Below, in pieces: positions 10,290-21,307 of a DNA stretch of 64,000 nucleotides. Made by a program: the position numbers and the translations under genes. Origin of the DNA: Candidatus Latescibacterota bacterium. GTDB taxonomy: Bacteria; Latescibacterota; UBA2968; GCA-2709665. The notes under the pieces are model-generated. The model made no database searches. It saw only the letters and a list, made by a program, of their open reading frames with translations, and was not told the DNA's origin. Numbering within the stretch: the first letter of the stretch is position 1; each line of letters begins with the position of its first letter. The stretch lies in NCBI GenBank assembly GCA_965237675.1, contig OZ250150.1, positions 4,672,001-4,736,000 of the forward strand. The letters run 5' to 3'.

Positions 10290-10658
10290 CTATCCGTTCT
10301 TGTCTTGCGCGATACACAGACTGTTTCCATCGGGATCGACGAAACTGAACTCAAGATTGCCCCAACTTTGATCCCAAAGCTCTCCAACCGGGATACCCAC
10401 TTGCCTGTACTCCTCGTAGACGGCCGGCGCGTCCTCGACATAGATCTGAACAGTCCGCGTCCCAGGCGGGCCATCGCCTGGAAACGAGGAAATAACGACG
10501 TGGGCCGCATCCCGGACGACTCCCATATAGCAAGGGTCGAGTTTTGTCGGATGGGGCCTCCAGGCGTACACGCGACGGAACCCGAGTTTTCCACAGTAGA
10601 ATTCCTCGGCAGCTTCCGAACTCGACACGCCCAAAATTGGTATGGCCTCTTTGAACAC
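10290..10658 (-). CDS. VOC/bleomycin-resistance family protein
   Basis: AIPILGV..AEEFY..LGF; DQSWGNLEFSFVDPDGN; GTG start after GGAG. Confidence 0.85.
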   Translation of the reverse strand: MFKEAIPILGVSSSEAAEEFYCGKLGFRRVYAWRPHPTKLDPCYMGVVRDAAHVVISSFPGDGPPGTRTVQIYVEDAPAVYEEYRQVGIPVGELWDQSWGNLEFSFVDPDGNSLCIAQDKNG

Positions 10659-10674
10659 GCGATCTCCTTTCAAA

Positions 10675-10746
10675 TTAGCTTCGGCATTCGCGAGCAGGCA
10701 CGGTAATACGGACCGGTCAGAAAAATCCCCGAATGTTCGTGTACAC
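10675..10746 (-). other. 72-bp attI-like double-dyad site, copy C
   Basis: Colinear with 59782-59853 and 1962-2033 (ggcatt..cga.cag..acggtaatacgga..at..ccgaa.gttcg). Confidence 0.6.
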
Positions 10747-10768
10747 TTCGTGTGGGATTTAACTATCG

Positions 10769-11155
10769 TCAATCCGATTCAAATGCATGTTGGGTCAACC
10801 ACTCAACCAGACTCTCCTTTGAAACCTGGCCGGAAGCAACACCTAAAATAAGCGACTCTTGTTCATCCACACTGGCTCTGATTTCATGACCATTCAGAAT
10901 CAGAAATACCTCCATCGCTGCATGGCCCAATCTCTTATTCCCATCGACGAACGGGTGGTTTTGCACGAGGGAAAAGCATAACGCACCGGCTTTCTCGATC
11001 AACGAAGGATAGAGATCACGCCCCCCATAAGTGATACGGGGTTGCGCGACGGCCGACTCTAATCTGCCTGTATCGCGCAACCCCGATGCTCCGCCACTTT
11101 GATCGACAACGCGTCCGTAAAGTTCGATCACCTCTGCCAAAGAAAGATACCTCAT
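10769..11155 (-). CDS. doc: Doc/Fic family toxin
   Basis: HPFVDGNKR motif; LESAVAQP. Confidence 0.92.
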   Translation of the reverse strand: MRYLSLAEVIELYGRVVDQSGGASGLRDTGRLESAVAQPRITYGGRDLYPSLIEKAGALCFSLVQNHPFVDGNKRLGHAAMEVFLILNGHEIRASVDEQESLILGVASGQVSKESLVEWLTQHAFESD

Positions 11156-11349
11156 TAACTCAGCCTTCTATAGAGTTCCTCATTCTTGCGTAAAACACGC
11201 TGTGCTGCAACTTCAAAATCCTCTTGAAGCTTATCAAGCAAATCGTCCAACGCAGCTTTTGCAAGCTGCTCCGGACGTATGCCAAGGCGTTTGGCGGTTA
11301 AATCCAACTTTTCGTTTTGTGATTCTGTGAGATCCAGAAAAAGCTTCAT
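11155..11349 (-). CDS. Putative antitoxin of Doc
   Basis: 64 aa, overlaps the doc start, ends [10 protein letters not shown]. Confidence 0.8.
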   Translation of the reverse strand: MKLFLDLTESQNEKLDLTAKRLGIRPEQLAKAALDDLLDKLQEDFEVAAQRVLRKNEELYRRLS

Positions 11350-11590
11350 TTCAGTTCCTCCGTACGTTGTTGATTATTCCACATAATCGCAAATTACAGA
11401 CCAGGGTTCAAGAGTGATTTTTCTTTTCGGTTTGTCTGCAAATACCGCTTCTGGGGGCTTTGCCGGTTTGCGAACACCGACCCGTGCCCTGATCACAGCC
11501 TCCTGGTTTTAGGTTTTCATCATTAACCACCAGGAGTCAAGATTAACGACGTGTCCCGGCGCGATCATCGCAATCTTCAATTGGGGCTTT

Positions 11591-11974
11591 CTAAATCGGT
11601 TGCCCTATATCAATTCGGTTGCCATCGGGATCTGCGATGACAAAGTCCCGAAGACCGTATCTTTGATCGCGTAGTCCCTTGACTATCCGTACTCCCGACT
11701 TGCCAAGGTGAGCGTAAAGCGCCTTCGCATCATTCACAATCAGGTGCGCGACGTTGTGTGTCGATGGCTTCTTGTCACGGCACAATGACAGGTGCAGCTC
11801 GGCCTGGCCTTTCTTCATGATCACGAAGCCGACCGGATTCCCGTTCTCGAACGTTTTGCGCATTCCCAACATGGACCTGTAAAATGCCACGGACTCCTCG
11901 ATAATGCTGACTGTGATCCCGGGCGCCATGCGCCCAAACTCGACCGAGATCGGGAATTTCGATGAATTGTCCAT
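11591..11974 (-). CDS. VOC/glyoxalase family protein
   Basis: YGLRDFVIADPDGNRIDIG. Confidence 0.88.
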   Translation of the reverse strand: MDNSSKFPISVEFGRMAPGITVSIIEESVAFYRSMLGMRKTFENGNPVGFVIMKKGQAELHLSLCRDKKPSTHNVAHLIVNDAKALYAHLGKSGVRIVKGLRDQRYGLRDFVIADPDGNRIDIGQPI

Positions 11975-12254
11975 GAACTCTGCCCCCTTCGTTGACCACA
12001 CGATCCGGAACTGAGGCGGTGCTCAATGCAGGACAATGGCCGGTTCTGGAAAGCCGAGGCGGTGCTCGGATCGATGATCGGGCTGGGTGCCACTTCACCA
12101 GGTGATAAGAAAATCCGCTCGCGATTGCAGGTTCGGTGATACGACGATCGCGTATAACGTGCGGTTGGATCCAATGTCGCCTTCAGAATCTCGTGATTCC
12201 GTCCGAACCTTCTCTCCCTTTATTACGCCATGATATTGAGAGGGCATAGACCGA

Positions 12255-13574
12255 ATGCATCGACGACCGCCCAAAGAACTCGTCAGGCAATCCTCAGAGG
12301 GGAACCCCGAAGCGTTTGTCGCCGTTGTCAGGCACTTCGAGGATAGACTGACAACCCTGATCAGATACTTCATTGACAATGAAGATGATGCGTCAGATGT
12401 GCTTCAGGATACGCTCCTCCAGGCCTGGGCTACTCAACACCAGCTTCGGGATCCGTCGAGGATCGGGCCGTGGCTCTTCCAGATTGCGAGAAACCGCTCC
12501 CGTGATTTCCTCAGAGGAAAGCACAGAAGAGAATTGCCGACTTCGCCAATTGAGCTGGAGCGGATTCTGAATCAGTCACGGTCGACGCCGCACAATCAAA
12601 CGGAATCGATTCGGCGGATCAGGCGCGCAATAGAGAAAATACCAAATTACGAAGCGAACGCCATCAAAGACTTCTACTTCAGAGGTCTTACAATTGCAGA
12701 AATCGCAAATCGCACCGGACGTTCCGGTGGTACAATCAAACGCAGGCTGTCAACCGGCCGCAATCGAATACGGGATGTACTTGGCGTGACAGCACAAAGA
12801 AGGAGGACAGAAATGCCAGCACTTGGCTCTCGGGAGTTGAAGCATCGATTTCCTCACGAACGGCCAAGAATTCAGATCAACAGGTCGGAGCGTCCACGGT
12901 TTTCCGTGGACTGCCCCGAACTCAGATGGTGGTTCGCGGTACCCACAATTGATGAGTCGGTGCTCGTCGCAACCTATAGTCCGAACCGGTGGACATTGAC
13001 CTCGGTCATGAAACTGGAAGCATCTGGAATCGCTGAGGTCCACGGCGTCGAACGTATCGAAATAGAGGTGACGGAAATCAATGTGCAAACGCACCTTGCA
13101 AGTAAAGTCTGCTCGATGGTCGGACGTCTCACCGAAGAGAAGGCACAGTACCTCGCTGTCTTTCAACGAAACGGAAAGTTCAGTGTCGAGACCTTCCTGA
13201 GTGAGGCCTTCTGGCGAGATTCTGTACGGAAGCTTGAACCTCAGGGGTCATTTGACGAGGTGGCGCCGCGGGCGTTTTGCAGAACCGACAAATCATGCGA
13301 AGAAGCGGGGGCAGGAAATCACGAAGTTCGCGTAGACGGTCGTTTTTTCTCGTGTTTACGGGTCCTTGAGCTCGAGGGAGATCCCGAAGAGCCTGACTCT
13401 GTATTCACGGAGAGTTTCCTGACCGCCGAAGGCCGTACCTTACTCAGGAGGCATTACTGCCACCCTGAATGCGAAAACGTCTCCGTCGATAAATCCGGAG
13501 AGGTCGACGTGGACGGAGCCAAATTCGTACACTGGTACGATAACCTGACGGATATTGCATTCCGGCAGCGTTAA
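12255..13574 (+). CDS. ECF-type sigma-70 factor with long C-terminal extension (inverted relative to array)
   Basis: Region 2 DASDVLQDTLLQAW..WLFQIARN; region 4 GLTIAEIA..GTIKRRL. Confidence 0.85.
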   Translation: MHRRPPKELVRQSSEGNPEAFVAVVRHFEDRLTTLIRYFIDNEDDASDVLQDTLLQAWATQHQLRDPSRIGPWLFQIARNRSRDFLRGKHRRELPTSPIELERILNQSRSTPHNQTESIRRIRRAIEKIPNYEANAIKDFYFRGLTIAEIANRTGRSGGTIKRRLSTGRNRIRDVLGVTAQRRRTEMPALGSRELKHRFPHERPRIQINRSERPRFSVDCPELRWWFAVPTIDESVLVATYSPNRWTLTSVMKLEASGIAEVHGVERIEIEVTEINVQTHLASKVCSMVGRLTEEKAQYLAVFQRNGKFSVETFLSEAFWRDSVRKLEPQGSFDEVAPRAFCRTDKSCEEAGAGNHEVRVDGRFFSCLRVLELEGDPEEPDSVFTESFLTAEGRTLLRRHYCHPECENVSVDKSGEVDVDGAKFVHWYDNLTDIAFRQR

Positions 13575-13611
13575 ATCGGGCTCGTTCCCGATGTCTGGCT
13601 ACTGCCATAGC

Positions 13612-13691
13612 ATGAAACGTCCCCGGCTGCTGCGAACCGTGCATCGGTTGGAATAAAGCGCCAAATGGCCCATAGCCGGGCATGGTTACGT
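13612..13691 (-). other. attC-like site
   Basis: ATGAAAC..cccggct...agccggg..GTTACGT; contains the stop of the upstream gene. Confidence 0.7.
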
Positions 13692-14558
13692 CCTGTCGGC
13701 GACAACTGGTCCGTTCTGTGATACTGAATGCTCCTTGACGATCATTCTATCCGCATGAAGGGAGACAAAGTTGAAGCATGGCGGGTGCTCTGCGTCAAAA
13801 CTCACTTTCTGTTCATCAGGCCAATAGTTGAGCTGGCAGAAAGTGCTTCCTACGCTGATATACGCAATGCCGTCTTTCCGGATATGGGTCCCTCGATGAA
13901 CATGACCGAAAAACACGCCTCGCAGCCGATCTCTTGCCGGCAAGAGTGCATCATGTAATTCGGCGCCATTGAGCATGCCTACGTATTTGGAATACCACGT
14001 GGAATCCATATCAAGCGGCGAGTGATGAATGAAAACGGTCAATGAGCCGTTCTGCCGGCTAACCTCCGCTCGAACAATATCAAGCTGGTCTTCCGTAACT
14101 TTTCCGAAGTGGCCCGCTTCATCATATGGCTGCTGGGAATCCAGAACCAGAAACCGTTCGCTTGCAATTGAGAATCGATAACAGTTCAGGTCCGATCTGG
14201 ATAGAACATCCTCTTTGGGCCCCGTCTTTAGATGTTTGCGCATATAGGCACGCGTATCGTGGTTTCCTGTCACGAAGTACATGGGAATATTAATCTTAGC
14301 AAATGCCTCCGCAGCCAACTCGTAAGCGACTTCGGTGTCATGGTTCGCTACGTCGCCTGTATGGATTATGAACCGAGGTTGGGTAGGGAGGCCATTTATG
14401 GCTTCAAGGACCCGCAGCAGATTGCGGTAAGGATTGTTGCCCAGCACGGCCCAATCTCTCGAATGCCCTAAGTGCGTGTCACTGATTTGGACGAAATACA
14501 GGGGATCTGCCATGTCTTCCTCCCGTACCGGGAGTTGCGGATCCAATGATTCATACAT
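13686..14558 (-). CDS. Metallophosphoesterase, CpdA/Icc-like
   Basis: SDTH, TGDV, GNHD, HH, GHVH. Confidence 0.9.
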   Translation of the reverse strand: MYESLDPQLPVREEDMADPLYFVQISDTHLGHSRDWAVLGNNPYRNLLRVLEAINGLPTQPRFIIHTGDVANHDTEVAYELAAEAFAKINIPMYFVTGNHDTRAYMRKHLKTGPKEDVLSRSDLNCYRFSIASERFLVLDSQQPYDEAGHFGKVTEDQLDIVRAEVSRQNGSLTVFIHHSPLDMDSTWYSKYVGMLNGAELHDALLPARDRLRGVFFGHVHRGTHIRKDGIAYISVGSTFCQLNYWPDEQKVSFDAEHPPCFNFVSLHADRMIVKEHSVSQNGPVVADRT

Positions 14559-14729
14559 GTTGACCGCGGTCCTCGGATGGGCAGCGCCGGTTGTTCGAGG
14601 GCGCGCTTTCGGCTATTGACTCTCGCCGTACCCGAAGCCGGGGTCATGGATCTGCTATGCGGCCCCAAACGACCCACGCGGGAGAAACGAGCGGGATGTT
14701 TGCGATTGCAGTCCGGCGTGAAAAAGCAC

Positions 14730-15281
14730 TCATTGCCTGGATCCATGCCTGGACTCAAATTCAGTCTTTAACAAACCGAACAAGAGCCTATCCCATCGGC
14801 AATTGGACCAATATGCAGCCTCACGCTCCCGTCCTTCCTGTGCAAATCCAAGCTTCTCGAGAACTCTTATAGCGCCTGCATTGTTTGAAGTCGTCGCAGC
14901 CGAAATCCTGTACAAGTCCAATTCTTCGAACGCGAACCGAAGCATGACCAGCGCAGCATCCGTGCAATACCCCTTCCCCCTGTCCTGTCTGAGTGCGATT
15001 CCAAAACCGAGACTCGCTGTGCGACTCCTCCAGTCGATTCCAGAAAGCTGAATATCACCGACGAGATTTCCATCATTATCGAATATGCCCAGGTAAATTT
15101 GACTCTTGCCCTGTTGCTGCTGGATCTCGTCAAACCATTTCTCCGAGCCCTCGAGTGAATGACCAGGCCTCACCGGTTCGGTCGGAATTGGCTCCTCGAG
15201 CTCATAGTGTTCCCATAGTGTGCGGCAATGCTGGCGTTCCATTGTCCGCAATACCGCTTTTTTGCCACGCAATTCGATCAT
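14730..15281 (-). CDS. RimJ/RimL-type GNAT
   Basis: RGKGYCTDA; NAGAIRVLEKLGF.QEG. Confidence 0.88.
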   Translation of the reverse strand: MIELRGKKAVLRTMERQHCRTLWEHYELEEPIPTEPVRPGHSLEGSEKWFDEIQQQQGKSQIYLGIFDNDGNLVGDIQLSGIDWRSRTASLGFGIALRQDRGKGYCTDAALVMLRFAFEELDLYRISAATTSNNAGAIRVLEKLGFAQEGREREAAYWSNCRWDRLLFGLLKTEFESRHGSRQ

Positions 15282-15459
15282 GAAAGGTAACCTGTCAACG
15301 TATTCACGATCTGGATATCCTCGCCGATGGATTTCAACAACATCGCTGCTGAGTTGGCATAGCAGTATGGAGCATTTCCTACATATTCGAGCATCGTCTT
15401 CTCCCCTCACTCGACGAACGTTCAGGCAGGAAAGGCGTTGCGCATAGCGTCCAGCAGGG

Positions 15460-15564
15460 CTGATGGCCGGTTTGGGAACCCGCGAAGCGGGTTGCGCAGG
15501 CCAGGGCGCCCGTCGGCAAGCGTAGGATAAACTCCGCGCCGAAGCACAAGAGGACATGTTATAC
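15460..15564 (-). other. attC-like site with REP-like insert (R' degenerate)
   Basis: ccggtttgggaacccgcgaagcgggttgcg...GTTATAC; cccgtcggcaagcgtaggataaactccgc. Confidence 0.65.
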
Positions 15565-15637
15565 GTCTACAAAGGTCTTCGGAGTTGCAACATCCAATTG
15601 GACACCCTCCACGAGTCCCGGTTTTGTTTTAAAGTCC

Positions 15638-16210
15638 TCATTCGCCGGCGCGAGCCAGGTATTGCAATGCCAATGAAATTGCAGCAGCCCACGACAAGAC
15701 CTTGAACTCTCCGGAGCCTAACGCATCTTCCAACTCCTGCCGGGAAAGAAACAGAAGTTGCTGATCCTCAATGTCATCACTGCAAGGTTCAGTTACTTGC
15801 CGTGCCTTACGAGCCAGGAACAAGTGCCGAACGCCAACACCGCGATTGGGGTCGACCTTGTAGCTGCCAAGGTCGATCCATTCCGTCGCTTCGAATCCAG
15901 TCTCCTCCAGCAGTTCACGCTTTGCAGCCGTTAATGGATCCTCACCGGGTTCAACCATACCTGCTACAGGCGCCAGAGTCGTTCCCACGACCGCGTATTT
16001 CGTCTGCCGAAAACAAAGGAACCTGCCGTCCGAATTGACCGCGAGAATGATCGATGCGTCTGGGCCGACTATCCAGGGCCAGTCGGCGATGACCTGTCCA
16101 TCTGGCCATTGTACCGTGTGACTCTCTACAGTCAGATATGGTCCGTGATTTAGAATTGTGCGACGAGAAAGGGTCTTGAACGGTCGCAGTTCCTTGCCAT
16201 CGGTTGTCAT
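15638..16210 (-). CDS. NUDIX hydrolase (ADP-ribose pyrophosphatase-like)
   Basis: GMVEPGEDPLTAAKRELLEETG. Confidence 0.9.
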   Translation of the reverse strand: MTTDGKELRPFKTLSRRTILNHGPYLTVESHTVQWPDGQVIADWPWIVGPDASIILAVNSDGRFLCFRQTKYAVVGTTLAPVAGMVEPGEDPLTAAKRELLEETGFEATEWIDLGSYKVDPNRGVGVRHLFLARKARQVTEPCSDDIEDQQLLFLSRQELEDALGSGEFKVLSWAAAISLALQYLARAGE

Positions 16211-16400
16211 TTGTCCTCCGGCAGAATGCTGGGGCGTGGTGGATACAGTTCTTGCGCTTATCTACATAGTTTTGACGATCCGGAAACCGGTGTTGTGTAT
16301 AACGTTCAGCAAAGGCAGCTATACCTATAGGCCGAGGGGCGTCCGAACGGCGGCACCGCAAAAACCGTGAGGTCGACCGCAGCGAACAACCTGACCACGG

Positions 16401-17213
16401 CTAACCGAACTGTTCTTCCAGCCATGCGATCGCGAAGTCTGCCAGATCCCTGGCGTCGAACAGAAACGAGTCCGCGGCGCCAACCCACCCCTCCGCGCAG
16501 CGTCCGCGAGCCATATACGCTTTTGAAATGGCCCGGAAATAGCTGCCATCGGGCCAGTCAGCGATTCCATTGGAAGTATCAAACTGCTCGAACTCGATCC
16601 ATTCGCACTTGCCACCGCGCAAGACGGGCCACCGATAGCGCTCAGTTCTCTTGTTGGGCACGTCAGCAATGTGTTCCGCGTAGTGGAGAATGGTGAGGCT
16701 ATCGAAAAGCGGTCCAAGCAGGAGTATTTTCCCCCGAACTTCGCACAACTTCTCGAGGGGGGAATCCACGCCATAACCGAACTGAAGCGGATGGTCCGAT
16801 GTTATCCAATCCGCGCTCGCGCCAACTGCTGCCACTCGTGCCTCAGGATGGGCGCTGCAACGTGCCCCTGGCCATGTGCGCAGGTACTCTGTAAGGATGC
16901 TCCACTCACGAAAGGCGCGAGTCCGGGAAGGATCAAATGGTGGGCACTCTGCCAGATAGGCTTTCTGCCAGTCCTCCGGCCAATCATCAATTTCGTTCAA
17001 TGGTTCCTCGCACTTCACGTACATCATCAAGGTCCCCGTTGAACCGAGCACGTCCAGGATCGCCCGAAGCACCATTTCAGGGCCCCCTACGATCCAGCCG
17101 ACTGCCTTGACAGAAGCATGCAGCATCAAGGTGTCGCCAGCGGCAAGCCCCAGTTTCGATAAGTCTGATACCAATCTGCTTCGTGTAATCACCGGCAGAT
17201 CTGTGTTGACCAT
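16401..17213 (-). CDS. Aminoglycoside 3-N-acetyltransferase family (AAC(3)/YokD)
   Basis: MLHASVKAVG, GTLMMY, TILHYAE. Confidence 0.9.
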   Translation of the reverse strand: MVNTDLPVITRSRLVSDLSKLGLAAGDTLMLHASVKAVGWIVGGPEMVLRAILDVLGSTGTLMMYVKCEEPLNEIDDWPEDWQKAYLAECPPFDPSRTRAFREWSILTEYLRTWPGARCSAHPEARVAAVGASADWITSDHPLQFGYGVDSPLEKLCEVRGKILLLGPLFDSLTILHYAEHIADVPNKRTERYRWPVLRGGKCEWIEFEQFDTSNGIADWPDGSYFRAISKAYMARGRCAEGWVGAADSFLFDARDLADFAIAWLEEQFG

Positions 17214-17322
17214 GCTGACCGCCTCTCGCGTCAGGGAAGACCTTGCATTGCAGTCTACGGTCTGGCCGCGTGCGAACCCACCGAGCGCAGCGGAGGTGGA
17301 TTTCCGCAGGCCATGAATTATG

Positions 17323-17670
17323 TCAACTCTCACCCCAGTTCTTGACCAGGTCGCGGTCGGCGCCCCCCTGTGCCAGCACCGGTATTTCCGACCGGGTCCG
17401 CACCGGGATATTTGGATCGGCTCCCGATTGCAACAAAAACCGCACGACGTCAACCCGGTCGCCGCGTGCTGCTTCCCACAGAAACGTCCGGTTGTGCCCG
17501 CCGCTCTTGGCCAGCAGCAGCGACGGTTCCCGCTTCAGATGCCGTTTTACAGCGTACAAATCTTCGCGTCGTGCATCCTTTCAAATCCTGTCGATACCGA
17601 AGCGGCCGCTGTGGCCTGAACGCGGCTTGACTTCATCTCCCCATTCGTGGTCGTCCGGAGCCGTACCCAT
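17323..17670 (-). pseudogene. Ankyrin-repeat gene remnant
   Basis: RTFLWEAARGDRVDVVRFLLQSGADPNI; upstream in-frame stop. Confidence 0.55.
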
Positions 17671-17906
17671 CGTCTTTGCACCTGATTCAGCCGCTATTTC
17701 GGACTACTGACGTTACGTCGATTTCCGAACCCCGCGCTCGGCCGCAGCGCATACCCTGAGCCGCTCACATTTGCACAAGTGGATGTAATGGAAGATGTAC
17801 GAACCCGAAAGATCGCCAAAAGAAACAACGGGGCGGTCATCACCCCGTTTCGTGTTTTTTTCCTGATAGGCGTACCAATTTTGCCGTAGACGATGTTAGA
17901 TATCAG

Positions 17907-18134
17907 TTCATATCAGGGCTCGGAATTCTTCCACGGTCAAACCTGCCTCGCGAATAATCGCTCGAAGAGTTCCGCTTTGGCTACCTGTCTATGATTGGGG
18001 ACTACGATACGGCGATAAGGTTCTCGATTCAGTCGCAATACGATGTGGCTTCCACGTTGACGATCGGACTCATAGCCGATCTGTCCCAATGCCCTCACAA
18101 CGTCGCGTCCAGAGACAACTGGGAGCGGACTCAA
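17907..18134 (-). pseudogene. hicA: HicA toxin, frameshifted
   Basis: RQRGSHIVL..VVPNH; canonical tail GTLRAIIREAGLTVEEF lies in another frame. Confidence 0.8.
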
Positions 18135-18352
18135 ATTTTAATCTCGATGATTTCTTCCGTAATCGCGGGAGGAATCGGGTCTCCATGGGCTTCCAGACTC
18201 TCAATATAGAGCTCCATCGCTTCCTGCGCATTTGCCAGGGCTTCCTTTCGAGTAGACCCTTGTGAGATACACCCTGGCAAAGCCGGAACCTCGGCCACAA
18301 AAATGCCGTCTTCATCCTGCTCGATGAGTACCCTGAATTTGATATTGCTCAT
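18131..18352 (-). CDS. hicB: HicB antitoxin
   Basis: VPALPGCISQGSTRKEALAN. Confidence 0.9.
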   Translation of the reverse strand: MSNIKFRVLIEQDEDGIFVAEVPALPGCISQGSTRKEALANAQEAMELYIESLEAHGDPIPPAITEEIIEIKI

Positions 18353-18629
18353 TTCGCTGTCCCCGACTATCGACTATTCCCTCCAAAGATGCTTTACAAC
18401 ACATCAAAGATAGCCACTATTCAATACCGTTGCAATTAGTATTGGCGTTCACGTTGTTTCCGGAAATCGGACATAACTTGGTACACTCGCAGCGCTCTTT
18501 CCGCGATCATTCCAACCCAGGTCTTTATTCGACCTATAGGCGTTATACATATACGCTGACGTTTCCGCCGCGCGGTCATGTTGCCGGGCGTGCCACGTGC
18601 AGATACCAACACTTTCTATGCGATTGTAC

Positions 18630-19862
18630 CTACTCGGTCGCTTCGATAAGCGCGAGTGCCGCCTTGACACTGGCAATTGCGTCTCGTTCCGCCTGGAGCG
18701 CGGTCGAGATGAGCCTGCTCACCTCGGCGCGAGCATTATCGGTAAATTCGTCAGCAGGCACCGAGCGCTCGCAGACCGAATAGAGCTTACCAGACGCTTC
18801 GGCGACGCGATCGTAGTGACCGGCTGCTGATTCGAGTTCGGAGGCGGCCACCGGGAATACATCGGTGAGGTCCCGCAGATAAGCAGCGGCGTATCCGCGG
18901 AGTGACGTCAGTACTCCTGCGTGGCTTTGAGTATCCTTAACGATTCCGTGGCTCCTCGGATGCCGCTGACCGGGATCGGGACTCGCTCCCGATTCGATGG
19001 CGTCCCGCCAGAGTTCGAAGGCGGCGAGGCCCCGAGCAGCCACTTTGATTGGGGCTTTGTCCGTATCGTATCGAGACCCGTTCGCAAACGCGACCGCGTT
19101 CCTTAGCGCCTTGACGTGGGTGCTCGGCACGTCCACCTGCTCCGATCCATCGTAGACGAGCACACAAAAATCTTCGGGAGGGCCGACGTCTCCGATCGCG
19201 TCGTAGCGAACGCCAAATTCCCCGCCGCGACGGCGAACGATGTAGGATTCGTCCGCCTTGTCGTAACCCACCAGGAGACCCCAATCGCGGGCCGAGTCCT
19301 CTTTTGGATACATAGGGGCCCACGCGGCCGCCGGTATCCCGCGGTCGATGCTTGCCCGAACGGCGTCCCAGGCGGCAGCCTTGATCTTCCTGCTTTCGTC
19401 CGGGTCCGTATCCCCCTGGCGCGTCTGAAAGCGCTGAATTCGGCAGCCCAGTTCCTCTTCCGGGCGGGTCTCGAAGACCAGCCACCAGTCCAGGTTCCCC
19501 TCCTGCCAGACGTCCCCGCCGCCTTTCTTCATTTCGAAACTGAAGGCATTGCCCAGCACGCCTTGAAGCCGCGCGGGCGACCATTCCGTTTGACCCGGCG
19601 CCCGAAGCATGTCGTGAAACGCGCTGATGATACGGGTCCAGACTTTCGTCCTTTCGATGTCCAGAACCTTGCGCAAATGCCCGCTCTTCGATTCGAATAC
19701 CAATTTCTTCTCCTCTATCGGGTTCGCGTTGAGCGTCTCAAGCGCAACGACCGCGACAGCCAGGGCAACAAAAATGCTGACAAGGCAGGAATGTGTGAAG
19801 CGTGCCAGCCTGCGCCGTGGCACAGAAGCCATAACGCTTCGATCCTCTATTGTCTCAACCAA
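18630..19862 (-). CDS. Hypothetical exported/membrane-anchored protein
   Basis: 410-aa ORF with N-terminal hydrophobic segment. Confidence 0.65.
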   Translation of the reverse strand: MVETIEDRSVMASVPRRRLARFTHSCLVSIFVALAVAVVALETLNANPIEEKKLVFESKSGHLRKVLDIERTKVWTRIISAFHDMLRAPGQTEWSPARLQGVLGNAFSFEMKKGGGDVWQEGNLDWWLVFETRPEEELGCRIQRFQTRQGDTDPDESRKIKAAAWDAVRASIDRGIPAAAWAPMYPKEDSARDWGLLVGYDKADESYIVRRRGGEFGVRYDAIGDVGPPEDFCVLVYDGSEQVDVPSTHVKALRNAVAFANGSRYDTDKAPIKVAARGLAAFELWRDAIESGASPDPGQRHPRSHGIVKDTQSHAGVLTSLRGYAAAYLRDLTDVFPVAASELESAAGHYDRVAEASGKLYSVCERSVPADEFTDNARAEVSRLISTALQAERDAIASVKAALALIEATE

Positions 19863-19887
19863 AAAAACGCCCCTTTCCGAAATCAGA

Positions 19888-20874
19888 TTACCCCAACCGT
19901 TTCACCAGGCCATAGTCCACCAGGTGCCGCACCCTGTATCCGGCGCCGAAATAGATCTCCTGAGCCGGATTGTTCAGACCCGTATGGAGCGTATTGCGTA
20001 CCATACCCCGTTTCTTGAACTCCGCACACATCAAATTGAACAGCACCGTACCGATCTTGCCCCGCCGGTAGTCCGGATGTGTCCCGATCCCGGTAAAGCC
20101 GCCGCTTCCATCCTTGCCCACCCGGATCGGCCCGGCAAAACCCACCACCGCCGGCCCGTCCGTCGCGATCAGCACGGGATAAGGCGGATCTCCATCCATA
20201 CATCCTTTTACTGAAGCCTCCCAACCGCCCGGGAACAGTGCCTCCATAAACCCACACAGCGCATCCCGATGTCCGGCTTCGCACATCCCGAACAGGATGC
20301 CTCGGGATCGGTTCTTTTCAATAAAACCTTCTATCTCCTCCCGAAGTTCAAACTCGGCAAACGTCGTTTCCATAAACAGACTCACCGACCCGCTGTTGCG
20401 GAATCCCCGATTCAGGAAAAACGTATAGGCCGGCGTCTTCACATCGACGCCAGTCGCAAATGGGATCGGATTGCCCTTGTAACCGATCCGCATCTCCGTT
20501 TTTCCGCAACCCGATAGAAATCCCTCCGCGGCATCCAGGAGCATACCCCCAACCCCCTTTTGCCGAAAATCCGAATCCACCATCAACACGCTCAGGTAGC
20601 CTGTCTCTCCCGGCCTCGGCGCCACACCCAGAACAAACCCCACAATCCTGCCTTCCACCCTTGCAATTAGCGCCCCCCCGGGGTCAAAATCCGCATGTGC
20701 CAGAACCCGCTGCCGAAACCCCGCTTCATCCATCCGGAAATCATATTTCCGGTCTGCAAACACCCGCTGCCAGAGATCCATCACCGGCTCCAGATCTTCG
20801 TCTTTCCAGGGAGCAATCGCTAAAGTGCCCATATCTTCGATCCACCAATCCCTTCGACTGCTAATGAATTTCAT
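19888..20874 (-). CDS. Tandem-domain GNAT acetyltransferase
   Basis: Two motif A copies: FRQKGVG and YRRGKIG. Confidence 0.85.
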   Translation of the reverse strand: MKFISSRRDWWIEDMGTLAIAPWKDEDLEPVMDLWQRVFADRKYDFRMDEAGFRQRVLAHADFDPGGALIARVEGRIVGFVLGVAPRPGETGYLSVLMVDSDFRQKGVGGMLLDAAEGFLSGCGKTEMRIGYKGNPIPFATGVDVKTPAYTFFLNRGFRNSGSVSLFMETTFAEFELREEIEGFIEKNRSRGILFGMCEAGHRDALCGFMEALFPGGWEASVKGCMDGDPPYPVLIATDGPAVVGFAGPIRVGKDGSGGFTGIGTHPDYRRGKIGTVLFNLMCAEFKKRGMVRNTLHTGLNNPAQEIYFGAGYRVRHLVDYGLVKRLG

Positions 20875-20911
20875 GATCTTCGGGCGCCTCGCACAAGCAA
20901 ATTTCGGGCTT

Positions 20912-21307
20912 CTACGAGGATGGAAGGAATGCTACGGCTTCAATCTCAACGAGGTAATCGGGATGAGCGAGGCCGCTGACGAACAACAGTGTGTTGGGAG
21001 GAAAAGCGTCCGTGAAGAAGCGGTTGCGGGCACGCCGAAAGGCTTCCAGATGGCTGCGTTCGGTCAGATAAGTGGTCAACTTGACGATGTCTTCCAGACT
21101 CCCTCCGAGTTCCTCGAGAATGGCCTGAAGATTCGCGTAGACCTGGTGCGTCTGCACCTCGATATCGCCTTTCCCAACCAGGTTGCCGCCCGGATCCAGG
21201 GCGATCTGACCGGCGATGTAGAAGGTGTCGCCGGCCTTTGCCACGTGAGAGTAACCCACCCCCGCCGTCGAGTGTACGCTTGCCGGATGTATGATCTGAC
21301 GGGCCAT
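20912..21307 (-). CDS. RidA/YjgF family protein
   Basis: YIAGQIA; PPNTLLFVSGLAHPDYLVEIEA. Confidence 0.92.
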   Translation of the reverse strand: MARQIIHPASVHSTAGVGYSHVAKAGDTFYIAGQIALDPGGNLVGKGDIEVQTHQVYANLQAILEELGGSLEDIVKLTTYLTERSHLEAFRRARNRFFTDAFPPNTLLFVSGLAHPDYLVEIEAVAFLPSS

